63,675 bases of DNA, filler included, from Parasitella parasitica NRRL 2501 (GCA_025201805.1; 18 parts of 18 records of this genome joined end to end with filler, not necessarily neighbours in it); one strand, 5' to 3'; positions 38,699 through 52,439 are shown, numbered from the whole stretch's first letter. Translations and numbers: made by a program. Notes: generated by a model not told the origin, from the sequence alone.

Positions 38699-39966
38699 CT
38701 ACTTATTTAGGGTCGCTTTACGAGTGGAAATAGCTTTGCCCGTAGTGCCCTTGCCATTGCTTTTGCTACCTTTATTGCTTGTAGCAGAGGTACTTCCATA
38801 AAGCTTGCTTTGGAATTCAGCTTGCTTTTTCTTGGCTACCTGACGCAAAGCTGCGTCAGTCGACAGTTCTGCAGGCATGTCCAACTTCATATTCATAGCC
38901 ACTGTATCTGAAGCATACTTGGAGTACGCAGAGCTTCTATCTGGAGATATTTTCTGATCACCTGCCAAAACCACCTCGTCATTTTCATCTACATCTTCGT
39001 GCATGTTGTCAACCAAACATTTATCATCATTTTCAGCTTCGCTACTTATAGATTCAGCATTATCCAATTCTTCTTCATCTTCTTCATCTTCTGACTCCTC
39101 ATTGTCAACACAGTCTTCCTCGCTATCACTGAATTCTTCCTTGTCTACGAAACCGGATAAAGTAGCAGGCGAATTGACAGAGGCTGCAAAGTCGGCTTGC
39201 TGTTTTTGCTTATCAAACTCGGGACAAAACCGGATCATATGGCCTGGCTTATGGCACCCAAAGCACCTACGTTTGGCCAACTCTGGACATTTAGCACGAA
39301 TATGACCACTATGACGACAGAAATGACAAACAGGAGGAGCACCCTTGAAAGTCGCTGCCACAAAGCAATCAAGTTCGCAGAGATAGAGCATTCTATCTAG
39401 AGGATTGGCTGGCCTGTGCTCACCCTCTACCAGCGTACCAATAGAATTGTCAATTAGAGCCGAGAAATTGCCCTCGAAAAAACCACCACGAGTGTACTGC
39501 TTTAACTGAAGAACTCTGCCATAATACGAGAGGGATGCAATCAAGTCATCAAGAAGAAGCGGGTCTGTGACAATTCGCATTAAAGTGAACTGCACAAGCT
39601 TCACCTTGCTGTAATCTTTAGGCTCCTGAGGGAGTACTGCCTTGTAAACAATTCCATCAACAGTGACACCAGTCTGTATAGCCTTTTTCGCATCGTCTGC
39701 CTCCTCGAATTTGGCTTCAATAAATAAAGAACCATCATCCTTGGAGTCATAAATGTTGAGAGGACGAAATTCAACCAAGGGAGAAACCTGAGCCTGGATT
39801 GCCTTGTAGGCATCGACGCGATCACCAAATAAACCTTTTCGAAATGTAAACAGAACAGAGCCAGGAGTAAGCGACTGTTGCAAAATTTCCATTGCTTTAG
39901 TAGCTAGGATTCTTCCAGTAAAATCCTCATCTTCATAAATTACTGATCCTACTAATTGATAAGACG
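38699..39966 (-). mobile_element. L1/Tx1-like LINE ORF1 (two CCHC zinc knuckles); ORF2 absent
   Basis: CHFCRHSGHIRAKC and CFGCHKPGHMIRFC; paralogous to the 40822 ORF1. Confidence 0.85.
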
Positions 39967-40821
39967 NNNNNNNNNNNNNNNNNNNNNNNNNNNNNNNNNN
40001 NNNNNNNNNNNNNNNNNNNNNNNNNNNNNNNNNNNNNNNNNNNNNNNNNNNNNNNNNNNNNNNNNNNNNNNNNNNNNNNNNNNNNNNNNNNNNNNNNNNN
40101 NNNNNNNNNNNNNNNNNNNNNNNNNNNNNNNNNNNNNNNNNNNNNNNNNNNNNNNNNNNNNNNNNNNNNNNNNNNNNNNNNNNNNNNNNNNNNNNNNNNN
40201 NNNNNNNNNNNNNNNNNNNNNNNNNNNNNNNNNNNNNNNNNNNNNNNNNNNNNNNNNNNNNNNNNNNNNNNNNNNNNNNNNNNNNNNNNNNNNNNNNNNN
40301 NNNNNNNNNNNNNNNNNNNNNNNNNNNNNNNNNNNNNNNNNNNNNNNNNNNNNNNNNNNNNNNNNNNNNNNNNNNNNNNNNNNNNNNNNNNNNNNNNNNN
40401 NNNNNNNNNNNNNNNNNNNNNNNNNNNNNNNNNNNNNNNNNNNNNNNNNNNNNNNNNNNNNNNNNNNNNNNNNNNNNNNNNNNNNNNNNNNNNNNNNNNN
40501 NNNNNNNNNNNNNNNNNNNNNNNNNNNNNNNNNNNNNNNNNNNNNNNNNNNNNNNNNNNNNNNNNNNNNNNNNNNNNNNNNNNNNNNNNNNNNNNNNNNN
40601 NNNNNNNNNNNNNNNNNNNNNNNNNNNNNNNNNNNNNNNNNNNNNNNNNNNNNNNNNNNNNNNNNNNNNNNNNNNNNNNNNNNNNNNNNNNNNNNNNNNN
40701 NNNNNNNNNNNNNNNNNNNNNNNNNNNNNNNNNNNNNNNNNNNNNNNNNNNNNNNNNNNNNNNNNNNNNNNNNNNNNNNNNNNNNNNNNNNNNNNNNNNN
40801 NNNNNNNNNNNNNNNNNNNNN

Positions 40822-42911
40822 ATTGTACAGCAAGCATTGACCTCTGGCTCTGTTCTTTTTTCTTTTGGAAGAGGAATTTTCGGGGATCGAATTGAAGCCT
40901 ACAAGTTGATTCAATCCCAAATTTCGGCAGAAGTGGAATTCAGACCTATCAGTCTTTATGATAACAAGGATGATGGATCGTTGTTGATTGAAGCCAAGTT
41001 TGATAGGCTCGAAGATGCTTCCGTGGCTATGAATTCTGGTGTGGCCCATAAGGGCATTGTTTACAAGGCATCGTCGACACGTGAAACAAAGGAATTTGGG
41101 GACATCAAGCACGTCCAATTCACTTTGATACGCATTGTGAAAGATCCTGCCTTTGTTGGCAAATTGCGTGAATCTTTGAGTTACTTTGGCCGTGTGTTAC
41201 AAATCAAGCAGTTCACACGTGGTGGGTTTTTTGAAGGCAAATTCTCTGCTATGTTGGATACCTCGGTGGGATATCAGGTAGGGGACGATGAGAGCATGGA
41301 GGCTCGGCCCTTAGGTAGAATGCTCTACCTCAGCGAGTTTGACTGCTACGTCTCTGCGGCTTACAAGGGTGCTCCTCCTGTTTGCCATTTTTGCAGGCGT
41401 AGTGGCCACATTCGCGCCAAATGTCCTGAATTAGCACAACGCAAATGTTTTGGGTGCAATAAACCGGGCCATATGGTTCGTTACAGTCCGGAGGCTGTGG
41501 GTAAGCAGCCTGAGTATGTCAAGAAGCTGAAGGTTTCTCATGACACTGCTCAAGCTCAGCAAGAAACGGAGGCTACATTAAAAATGATTCAGCAAGAAAA
41601 GATGGGCAAGCTTGATGCTGCTGACACCACTAATGAGTTTGTAGATACTGATAGTGATGTTGTGATTGTTGAATCTTCCGGGGAGAATAGCCACGACGCT
41701 GGTCTAGATGGTGTAGGTAAAGCCATGGAGGAGTCAGATTCTTATGATGATGAACAAGATGTTGTTATGATGGCTGGAGAATCTCATGGTGTTGTTGACA
41801 AGAGGGTGACTCAAATTGCCAAGACTCCATATCAGATCAGTAGTGCTGCCTCAAGATATGCATCTACTGAAGTTGCTGTTAACATGGTGGTTGACAAACC
41901 AGCTGAGATGCTGAAAATGAGTACTTTGCAGTCCCGTACACAAGAGAAGCTGAAGGCGTTTGATGCTAAGCTTAAAGCTGGATCTAGGCTTTCTAATACT
42001 ACTAGTCAAGTCAAGGCAGGCGACAAGCGCCCTACAACAACAAGAAATGCCCGTGGGGCACAATAAGTAACAAGTTAGGCATCAAAATTGGCTCCTTGAA
42101 CACGCGTAGCTTGTTCATGCAGTCCAATCCAACAACATTCAAAGAGTTTTCAAATTATCTCCGTTCCAAGTCCCTTCAACTAGACATCCTTTGCTTGCAA
42201 GAGGTGTCTCAATTCCGTTCTCAATCTGCTCTCACTGAATCCCAAATACGTTCCTTTTCTTTTGCTTTTCCTCGTTGTTCTCTTGTTGTCTCTAAGCACT
42301 GTGCTATAATTTGTCTTAATTCTCGTTTCTCTTTGGTGGATACGCAGGTCTTGCTGGATGAGCGATGTATTGCGGCATCTGTTCTGGATACGCAATCTAA
42401 TGTCTTGTGCAAGGTGGCGACCTTCTATGCTCCTGCACAGTCTTCGGACCGTCCTCTGTTTCTCGCGCAATTCCTCTCTCTTTCGCTTTGGTCTGAGGTG
42501 TTCAACACGCCTTGGATGCTTATGGGTGATTTCAATATTCACCTACACTCTTCATCCATGTCCCGCCATGCTGATATCGCTCCATTTGCCCAGTGGTTGC
42601 GTACTTATTTTACAAACTGTCATCCTGAAGGCCTTCCAACGTTCCCACGGAGTGGTACATGCATTGATTACATTTTTGGTCATTGTTCACTTGCTCCTCG
42701 GTTGGCCAACAGTCAGTTGCTGTATATGCCTAGTAAGTGGACGGATCACTGTCTTTTGACTGTTGATTTGCTTCCTGCTAGTGCTAGCATTGGTCCTGGT
42801 AGTTGGAGGTTCAACCCAACACTACTTGAAGATGAAGGATTTCTTGCGTTGTTAAATGCCACAGTGTCATTGTTCTTCTCTGATGCTGTTGGTAGTGGGT
42901 CTAGGGGTAGT
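40822..42911 (+). mobile_element. L1/Tx1-like LINE: ORF1 (to 42066) and ORF2 APE endonuclease
   Basis: Zinc knuckles; SLNTRSL, LCLQE, MGDFN, IDYIF, TDH, WRFNPTLL. Confidence 0.92.
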
Positions 42912-43011
42912 NNNNNNNNNNNNNNNNNNNNNNNNNNNNNNNNNNNNNNNNNNNNTTAATTAATTAANNNNNNNNNNNNNNNNNNNNNNNNNNNNNNNNN
43001 NNNNNNNNNNN

Positions 43012-43211
43012 CCAGTGCGTATTCTATAATAGTGTGGATCGGTGTCGCAGTCGATGTTGCAACTATGGTGCTTGGCATCCTTGCAATGAGAAACTTTGAT
43101 AAAGGGCTAAAGCCATATGTCCAGAGGGGAGCGAAAAACAAGCAAAAACATCACGATCTGGAATTGAACAAGACAAACACCACAGATACATGGCAGATTG
43201 ACGATAGTTAG
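43012..43211 (+). CDS. 3' end of a membrane protein (UPF0658-like)
   Basis: Hydrophobic helix then MRNFDKGLKPYVQRG...WQIDDS*. Confidence 0.55.
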
Positions 43212-43322
43212 ATATGTTTTAATAACATATTTATATAAAGTGTGTAAAATAAAGATACAAAACAATGGGTTGTAAAAAAATGCATTCATATAAAGTACAA
43301 AAATTATCTTATTGAGGGTTTG

Positions 43323-43381
43323 CTAAGCAAATGGAGGGAAAGCCTTTGCTGGGATAGGATTGGCAGGAGTGCTGTCGCTGC

Positions 43382-43412
<31 letters not shown>

Positions 43413-44578
43413 GGTGTTGTTGTTGTTATTGTTATTGTTGTTGGTGCTGCTATTGACGGTAGACGGAGATTCAGCAGTAGCAGCAGGAGAGCTCATTTCG
43501 ATAGTTGGACTTGCAACAGCACCCTTCAATGCCATTAATTGATTTGAACGGAACGTCTCATAGTGGACCATGGCAGTCGTTTCGACCAGATCTTGCAAGT
43601 GTGTTCTAGTTAAAAAGTTGCGCAAATGGATAAATTCGCAATGGCTTTCATCCTCAACAATGATTGTGCCCCATCTATTTTTACGTCCAATAACTGCTTT
43701 TCCATTGACGACAACCTGTCTTTCTGAGCCTACAACCGCAAAAGGAAGAAGTTGCTATGCACAAGAGCTATTTTTTAGTGTCCGATCCCCATACAGCACA
43801 CACACATATGGCAAAACAACTCACTCGGATGCTGGTATTTAATGCGCGCTCTTCATCATCGTAGTCTTCTGTGCTATCGTAAGGATACAAGTCAATGTTA
43901 TGGAAGGCCAGCTCGGTATTGATGCGCTGCTTGAATGCATTGCGCTCCTCGATAGTAAGGGAATCCGATTTCGCAATGACCGGCACGACATTGACGACTT
44001 GAACCAGCTTTTTGAGCACAATTATATCGATTGGCTTTAAACTAGATGGCACATAATTTAATTTTATATTGGTGTAACTTTTTTTTTTTTTTTCCTTTTC
44101 TCGCACTTACGAGTGACCAGAAGGTGCAATGAAATACAGGCAGCAATGTACTCGGTTGTCTTGGATCACCTTTTCACGTTGAGCAGTCAATTCCTTGCGA
44201 AGGTAAGCTGAATGCTGGTCCTTGACGTACTTGATAATGGGCTCCCAGCTATTTTAATGTTAGCGACTGTGTATTTGTCTGCTTGCCCTGCCCTGTTTAC
44301 CAATTCTCGTTATCAACTTGGTCACCATAGCCAGGAGTATCGACAATATTTAATCTCAGGCGAACTCCATTTTCTTCAATGACTATAATAAATAAGAGTT
44401 ATTTAGGAATGATTGTTCTGCTTGCTTGTAGCAAAGGAAAAAAGTTTACCGTGAGATGCAGATTCGATTTGGGTAGTTTGCTGGTTTAGATCCTGTACAG
44501 TTTGGCGGCCTTTAGTATCAATGAGATGCGAGGCAAATAGAGTGTTGACGAGCGTCGATTTTCCCAAACCAGTTTGAC
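43323..44578 (-). CDS. CDC10: Septin, CDC10 type (5' truncated, multi-exon) with poly-Asn tail
   Basis: [44 protein letters not shown]; no C-terminal coiled coil. Confidence 0.85.
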
Positions 44579-44940
44579 CTTTTTTTTTTTTTTTTTTNNN
44601 NNNNNNNNNNNNNNNNNNNNNNNNNNNNNNNNNNNNNNNNNTTAATTAATTAANNNNNNNNNNNNNNNNNNNNNNNNNNNNNNNNNNNNNNNNNNNNAGT
44701 TGTTGTTCCTAAGGGTTTACTGTGTTTCTGTGATCTGTTCTTCAATTGGAATAGGCAACAATTAATAAAAGCAAATTACGAAAGAAAAGCTCTATGTTTA
44801 TTTGAAGATCAACTTCTACTTTTAATGTCTCAGGTACCGAGTTCTTAGACAGACTACATCTTGTGTATCTTCTCTTATCACGTGTTCCTTTTTTGGTAAT
44901 TTGAACATAACTAATCCACGGCACGTATCAAGTATAAGGC

Positions 44941-45012
44941 GCAGCTATAGCTCAGTGGTAGAGCGGAAGATTGCAAATCTTCAGGTCCCGTGTTCGAAAC
45001 ACGGTAGCTGCT
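44941..45012 (+). tRNA. tRNA-Cys(GCA)
   Basis: GCAGCTA/TAGCTGC acceptor stem, GAAGA-TT-GCA-AA-TCTTC anticodon arm, U discriminator, T-run terminator. Confidence 0.93.
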
Positions 45013-46813
45013 TTTTTTTCATTGTTCACTGTCAATGGTGGATGTAGCAATTATTTTAGCATCGCAAAGCGGTAAAAAGCAAACCTACTGATACACAAGT
45101 TATCTTATAGAACATAATAATATTACAGCAACAGATATTAGTTCTTTGAGGTTCAGTAAACTTTTTTTTAGAGAATATCTCAACCTTTACCCATGATGAA
45201 TGCAGGAAGTGGTTTTGGTAGTTGAAGCCTAGACAGCAGTTCATACTATTAATTGTCTGAGCTTCTCTTATAAACCATGACTGCAATGGGTCAAAGGGCT
45301 CCATGTAATAGAGTATAATTATCTAGTAGTAAAAGGGTAAAAAAATATACTATGTTAATGTCAAGTTGGCATTTCTAATTGCTAGCATTGCTGACTGGCC
45401 AATACTTAGATTGCTATGTAATATACGTTCATGTTACTGGACAAGTAGTAATTGACAGCAATGTATGTGAGGCAAGTTTAAGGTAATAAAGTCTTTTATA
45501 ATAGATGTCGTTCAGTAGTGGAGATCAATTGGAGTAGTAAATTCTAATTAGGCTTTAATTACAGTGATAGTTAACATCAGAATAAGAGGAACTAATATCT
45601 TCACTAAGGCTCCAATATCTGGTAGGAACTAAGCCTTTCTATGTCAATTTGGAGATTTTATGTATTGGCTTATGATCGATTGCTGTTACTAATTGTAATT
45701 GCTATTATTAAATATACGATTAATGCCTATTCTGTTGTGAGAGATGGGCTATAGGTGTCGATGATAGCTAAAGTAGTATAACGTTATATTTATTGAGGGG
45801 GCGGTAATAAATGTATGGAAGGAAGAGGAACAGATAAATTCAAACAGTTCATTTTTTCTAGATGATTATTGTATTTTTACGAGTGTTGAGAGAATTTCTA
45901 AGNNNNNNNNNNNNNNNNNNNNNNNNNNNNNNNNNNNNNNNNNNNNTTAATTAATTAANNNNNNNNNNNNNNNNNNNNNNNNNNNNNNNNNNNNNNNNNN
46001 NNCTTGATTATCTACAATCCAAACGCGTGCAATTTGTGTTCATTATTGCTGGTACTATACGTTGTACCGCTTTGATTCTGGGTACAGTCGATTTTTTTCC
46101 TTAAAAACAGTGAATAATACATACGTTTTCTAAAAGACCATAACTAACACTCTCATGCATATTTTTTATAGTACCTATTACAAGAAAACAATATACAGGA
46201 TAGCGTGTTTCTAGTGCAATAGTTCATTCAGGTATTATCATTTATTATGATTTTGTGAGAGTTTTCTTACTAATTGAAAAGTTTACATTTGTAGTTTAGT
46301 TCTCTCTTGATGTCAAGTGGATGGCCTATCATTGAAACTTGACATTAGCTTTTTATCCGGGTCATACAGGAGCATGTAGGCTGTTTCTACTCATCGACTG
46401 TGCTTACCCTAGCAGTTTTTGAGATGGGCCATTTTATCCGACGCTGTGAAGTGTGGTAAGGCATTTTTCGGCTATTGAGGGGGGGTATTCATTGAAATTC
46501 CACCAATTTCTATTTTTGGTCGAATTTCAAATTCCGCCTAACATCAAAACAGGGGGAAACCCTGTTTTTTTGTTTTTAAGATTTTGGGGTTGACTTAGCC
46601 AAATTAATCGCTTGATTTATAATTTTTCAGCACTTTTTTTTTTGATAAAAACATAATAAACACAACTAAAAAAGAAATCATAATCTTCCCACTTTACTTG
46701 AATATTGAGGCTGTTATATCAATAACATGCCATAGACCTTGTAGCAAGATCAAGGGGTTAAAAGCCAATGTGCGTGGTAAATCAGGGATTTACATCGCAT
46801 GCTCTATATATAA

Positions 46814-47223
46814 TGATCTGCCATAATTATAGATAGGAGATCATGGCAATGTACTTCAATTGAAGATTGAAGATTGTCCAATGATGTGATGTGATACGCT
46901 TGTGTAAATTGGAGAATATAGTCTCTGTTTCAAATCAAGAAGGTTATTCCTGTAAGTAACACAGATCTGAGCACCAGGATAAAGGTTAAGGCTCTGTCAG
47001 ATCAAAGACGTGTAGCCCTTGCTGTATAACCTCATATCGTACCCTGTCAAGTAGATTGTCACTGTGAATTAGTCTTGTCAATTAGTAGTCTAAATAAGTC
47101 ACCATAAATTTATGTAGTTGTAAAAAGTATAAATAGCAGATGCAATTTCGATCTTAAATAAAGTATCTTTAGTTTTCGTATCTCGTTAACCTTTGGTTTT
47201 TTTATTATCTTTTTGATCCAACA
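46814..47223. mobile_element. Solo LTR family A2 abutting a family D fragment (46712-46813)
   Basis: Alignment to other copies; flanks do not match. Confidence 0.85.
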
Positions 47224-48096
47224 CCATTGATCGAGTGAAGCAAAAACAACAAGATGTATCTTCAGGACTAACAAAAAGACTTTTTTTTAGGTCGGGTAAA
47301 CTACATATACCAAACGCTTTCTGTCCCTATATTGACACAGATCGAGCTTTTGCTGAATATATGAGAGTTTTGACAAATCGACCGTTTTGCAATTATATTA
47401 TATAATCTTTTTTGAGAGGATAATTTTCCCCGTATAATTTGCAATATAGGTTTTTTTTTTAGATATGCAAAATTGTTTCCGTTTTCCTAATATAAAGCGC
47501 ACAGTGAAATGTTGTGCAAATGTGTTATTTTAACGCGATAAAGGCTTTCTCATTAAAACTCGAAATACACAACCGGAGACTTTTATAGACATAAGGCATG
47601 CTATCTCTAGTTGTATTAAAACTAAATCTTGATCAATCTTTACCCACATAACTTGCTATAAAATCAGCAAAACTTTGTTTTCGCAGAAGTATATCTTAAC
47701 AGCTAAGATAGATTGGAATTCGGAAAGCGTAATGAGATACAATTATTGTATTAGTATTAGGATGTATACTTGTCTTGGACCCGAAATCCGTACCTAAAAA
47801 TGATTCTGAACGTTGACCCAAAGTTGAAAACTGAAAATCAAATATAAGGTTTGGGGTCCAAACATAATAGCAAAATCTGAAAAATAGCCGCCAGAGGTGT
47901 ATAAAACTCGAATATGTTGTAAAATGCTGCAAAAAAAGAATATTTTGGCCGATGGTTGTGTCTCTATCGTTTGATAGTCTGTAAAGATTGTTGTGCNNNN
48001 NNNNNNNNNNNNNNNNNNNNNNNNNNNNNNNNNNNNNNNNTTAATTAATTAANNNNNNNNNNNNNNNNNNNNNNNNNNNNNNNNNNNNNNNNNNNN

Positions 48097-48600
48097 ACCT
48101 CTCGCCGTCATCTTGACGAGTGCCCCTCTCTCCCGCCTCTCTTGATTTCGTCCTTGCCAACACCACCAGATTCTTTTCATGGTACAATTATTGACCATGC
48201 ACTGAATCTGCTGCCGACCTCTCCCTCCTCCTCCAACTGTCCACCCTGGTGGACTGATCTCTGTACTCTTCTTTGGCATTTCGACCAACTTTGTAATCCT
48301 GATGGGGATTACACAACGGATCCTCCGCCTGGACAATTGTGGGCTTCCCCGGCCTTACAAGCGTCCTAATACTTTCCTGATCTATGGTGAACCGGTTGTG
48401 ATTTGCTCCCTCTGTTTGTCCCTCCACTGCTACAATCTTTTTTTATGCACGATGCGAGGGCATCCATGTTGTCATTGACCTTCCTTAATAGCCATATGCA
48501 TCCCCTCCACCACCCTGACCATCCTAGATGTCATTGTTGGTCTGAGATATCTTTTGCTTCCTTTTTTCTTTTCGGACATAGTTTCTGATCCCAACCTTTT
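48097..48600 (+). mobile_element. Probable LINE ORF2 C-terminus and 3' UTR
   Basis: IIDHALNLLP resembles HPIDNALNL at the distal end of the 7889-10205 LINE. Confidence 0.6.
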
Positions 48601-48830
48601 TGTTTCCCAATGCTTGCAATAATGATCAAAAGATCGAATGCAATATAGCATTTGCTTTATTAATTCTTCATTTCATATTAATAAACATCCTAAATTTTCG
48701 CCTGAGCTACATCCCCATCTCTTTCCGTTTTCCATCACTTTTTGCTACCTTGACTTTTTGGTAGTAAAATTTCTCTCATATCTTTATAAAAAAAACACTT
48801 TATTCTTAACAAATAGTCTTCAGAGCAATA

Positions 48831-50185
48831 CCGTGGGTAAAGATAAGTCACCGTCCTTTTTTACTTTTTGGTGTCAGAAATTAAATTCAAGTTTTGAAAT
48901 GTTTTTTGATTGAAAACAATTATTAGTGAAATATCAATATAATCGTATAAGATTTGAAGTATACAAAGCTTAACATGTTTATTTTAGTAATATAGCAAAA
49001 AAAAATTAAAATTATTATCTGGTATTGCCACCATTAGCCTCAATAACAGCCTTGCATCGAGAGCTCATACTGTCGACTAAAGTCTCTAAAAATGATGGAG
49101 GTATTGCATACCATTCGTTGCGAATACAAGTCTCCAACTGATCCACATTCTTCAGTTGGTATCTACGACTCTCTATCCGCTTTTCAAGGTAAGCCCAGAC
49201 ATGTTCAGTGGGGTTAAGGTCTGGACTTTGAGGTGGCCAGAAGTTGAACCCTTGGATCTGATGTCTCTGCTTATACCAGGTTGCATACTTCCCAGTATGG
49301 CAAGAGGCACCGTCTTCTTGGAATATAAATTCCTTGGAATGTTCAACACTCAAGTCCTGCAACCATGGGAGGAAGTGGTTGGACAAACAGTTGACATAAG
49401 CGTTTTGATTGATACTCCCTTTCATGGTTACAATAGGACCCAAACCCCCAGCCCAGAAACAACCCCAAATCATCACTGAACCATTCCCAAACTTCACAGT
49501 CTTTTGAACATGGTTTGGAGAGAACCTTTCGCCTTCTTTTCAAATCACTCGGACCCTTCCATCGCTGCCATTAACGTTGAATATAGATTCATCGGACCAA
49601 ATGACATTCTGCCATTGTTCAGCTGTCCAATTAACCTTTTCTTTGGCCCAAGCAAGTCTTTTTTCGATTTGCTTGGGTTTCAGCATTGGTACAGATGCTG
49701 GGGAATATGACCCAAAGCCGTGTCTGTCAGCATATATCGATAGCGTTTGAGGATGTATATCAATTCCAGCTGCTTTCAATCTTGCGTTATGAGTGACAAA
49801 AGAATCAAATGGCTTCTCTCTAAAGCTGCGCACAACAGTACGCTGATCTCTTTCAGACAACTTAAGAGGCCTTCCGCTACGTTTTTGGATTACTCCACTT
49901 CCTGTTTTATTGTAGCGATTGACACAATCAGTAACGGTCGACTTTGGCAAGCACATTTCACGTGAAATTTGAGTGATCTTTTGTTTGGCTTGATATCTGC
50001 CGATAATGAGCCCACATGTATAATCGTCAAGTTGTTTACGAATTGTACGATGGTCGTTGGTAATATCTGTTAAAGTCATAATCAGTTGTATTTATGGAGT
50101 AGTGATAAAAGAGCGTTTGATTGAAGAGTATTCTACTGAAAAATAAAGGAAATTAAAAAGGACGGTGACTTATCTTTACCCACGG
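48831..50185 (-). mobile_element. Full-length Tc1 element; transposase 50079-49015 (DD35E) with one in-frame TGA at 49540-49542
   Basis: ~30-bp TIR CCGTGGGTAAAGATAAGTCACCGTCCTTTT at both ends; WSDES, FQEDGASCH, SPDLNPTE. Confidence 0.95.
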
Positions 50186-51270
50186 TCAAATTATATCACT
50201 AGACTTGTGTATAATCTTAGTTTATTGCATATAAGTTTCTGTTTTTTGAACAAACTGCCAGTTTTTTTTCTTCAAAAATCTTTGCACCTATAAACTACAA
50301 TGTCAACATCCAATATCGAAGCTCTCAAGACCTTCGATATCAATCAGCTCCCTCAGTTGCTCGGGCATATTCAAGAACAACTTAATTCAGTCCAAAAGAA
50401 GGTCCATGAGCATGATAGTCTTTTGGAGCGTCTGGATAAGTTGGAATAGGAGAATCAGGCTTTAAAGACTGATCTCTTAACAAAGGACCTTGTTATTCAA
50501 GATTTACAAGGTCAATTAGCACGTGGAAATGCACGTTCAATATGTGGACATTTTCCTTGCTTGTATGAAGAAATGCGAAGCTGAGATCATTGAGCAATTC
50601 GAACCTTTGGATCCTAAACATATTGCAGACCCCCAATACGACTCTCTGGACAGCGAGGAACGTGAATCATTGATCTATGAATTCACCAACACTCGTGCCC
50701 TGCAAACCCTTTCCTTCCTTCGTCCACTTAACGTTAGTGGCGTTGGCAAGTACTTTGTCTCTGCTGGTTGGATCTCCCAAGAGGAACTCGATTCAGCTGT
50801 GTCTGCTGCATTGGGGCGCTTCGCTGAAAAGGAGCCCAAGAAAGCTACCTTTTTTGTTCAAGCGCAGAAAAACAGCCGCTGACAGCAATAGCTCTGCTAT
50901 GGAACTTTAATGAGTTTTTTAGCAGCTAATACAATATATAATACTTATGCCAACACTAACCCAGTCCACTCCTTTCCTATGTCTATGTCTCTTTGGAACG
51001 CAAATGGTCTACGGCAATCCGTAGTCCATGATGTTCTCTCCCATGCTATGAATACCAATATACTTTTAGTTACTGAAACCTGGCTTCTCTCTGGTTCTTT
51101 TCCTTCGGATTGGCAATAGTTTCATCTCTATGGCTCACAAGTACCTGGTGCATTTGGTCGTGGCTCTGGTGGAATTACAGCCTTTGTCTCCCCTTCCTGT
51201 CTTTTTCTTGTCTCTCAACTTCCGTCCTACAACCCGCACCCTTACGATTCGTTATGTGTATCTCCCTAAT
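50186..51270 (+). pseudogene. Degenerate LINE ORF1/ORF2 start, same family as 59757-61593
   Basis: Internal deletion in ORF1, premature TAG codons, conserved TAATG junction. Confidence 0.88.
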
Positions 51271-52439
51271 CATTAGTAACTTTGCAGATGAGTCACCACG
51301 TTTTAATGCAGAAAGAATTAGGTATCAACTCACATCTAGGAGCGATAGACTCCAGGTAAGTTGTATATGGTGACGAAGCTATATCAGTGTTAATAGATAC
51401 GGCTTTGAGATTCAGTATATTGACTATATACTTTGATGCAGTCCTAGACCTAGAATTCACCCAGTACCCAAGTTCAGGAACGTATATATGGACAGAGTTG
51501 TCATAAGTACTACTCTTGTATCCTCGGATGCCCCAAGTTTCAGTAGCTCAGCTACTCCACGCTTATTATCAATTCCAGGTTTCCAGAGCAAAAGNNNNNN
51601 NNNNNNNNNNNNNNNNNNNNNNNNNNNNNNNNNNNNNNNNNNNNNNNNNNNNNNNNNNNNNNNNNNNNNNNNNNNNNNNNNNNNNNNNNNNNNNNNNNNN
51701 NNNNNNNNNNNNNNNNNNNNNNNNNNNNNNNNNNNNNNNNNNNNNNNNNNNNNNNNNNNNNNNNNNNNNNNNNNNNNNNNNNNNNNNNNNNNNNNNNNNN
51801 NNNNNNNNNNNNNNNNNNNNNNNNNNNNNNNNNNNNNNNNNNNNNNNNNNNNNNNNNNNNNNNNNNNNNNNNNNNNNNNNNNNNNNNNNNNNNNNNNNNN
51901 NNNNNNNNNNNNNNNNNNNNNNNNNNNNNNNNNNNNNNNNNNNNNNNNNNNNNNNNNNNNNNNNNNNNNNNNNNNNNNNNNNNNNNNNNNNNNNNNNNNN
52001 NNNNNNNNNNNNNNNNNNNNNNNNNNNNNNNNNNNNNNNNNNNNNNNNNNNNNNNNNNNNNNNNNNNNNNNNNNNNNNNNNNNNNNNNNNNNNNNNNNNN
52101 NNNNNNNNNNNNNNNNNNNNNNNNNNNNNNNNNNNNNNNNNNNNNNNNNNNNNNNNNNNNNNNNNNNNNNNNNNNNNNNNNNNNNNNNNNNNNNNNNNNN
52201 NNNNNNNNNNNNNNNNNNNNNNNNNNNNNNNNNNNNNNNNNNNNNNNNNNNNNNNNNNNNNNNNNNNNNNNNNNNNNNNNNNNNNNNNNNNNNNNNNNNN
52301 NNNNNNNNNNNNNNNNNNNNNNNNNNNNNNNNNNNNNNNNNNNNNNNNNNNNNNNNNNNNNNNNNNNNNNNNNNNNNNNNNNNNNNNNNNNNNNNNNNNN
52401 NNNNNNNNNNNNNNNNNNNNNNNNNNNNNNNNNNNNNNN

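Noticed and set aside
43320-43542. Poly-Val and poly-Leu ORFs
   Set aside because: Antisense frames of the septin AAC repeat
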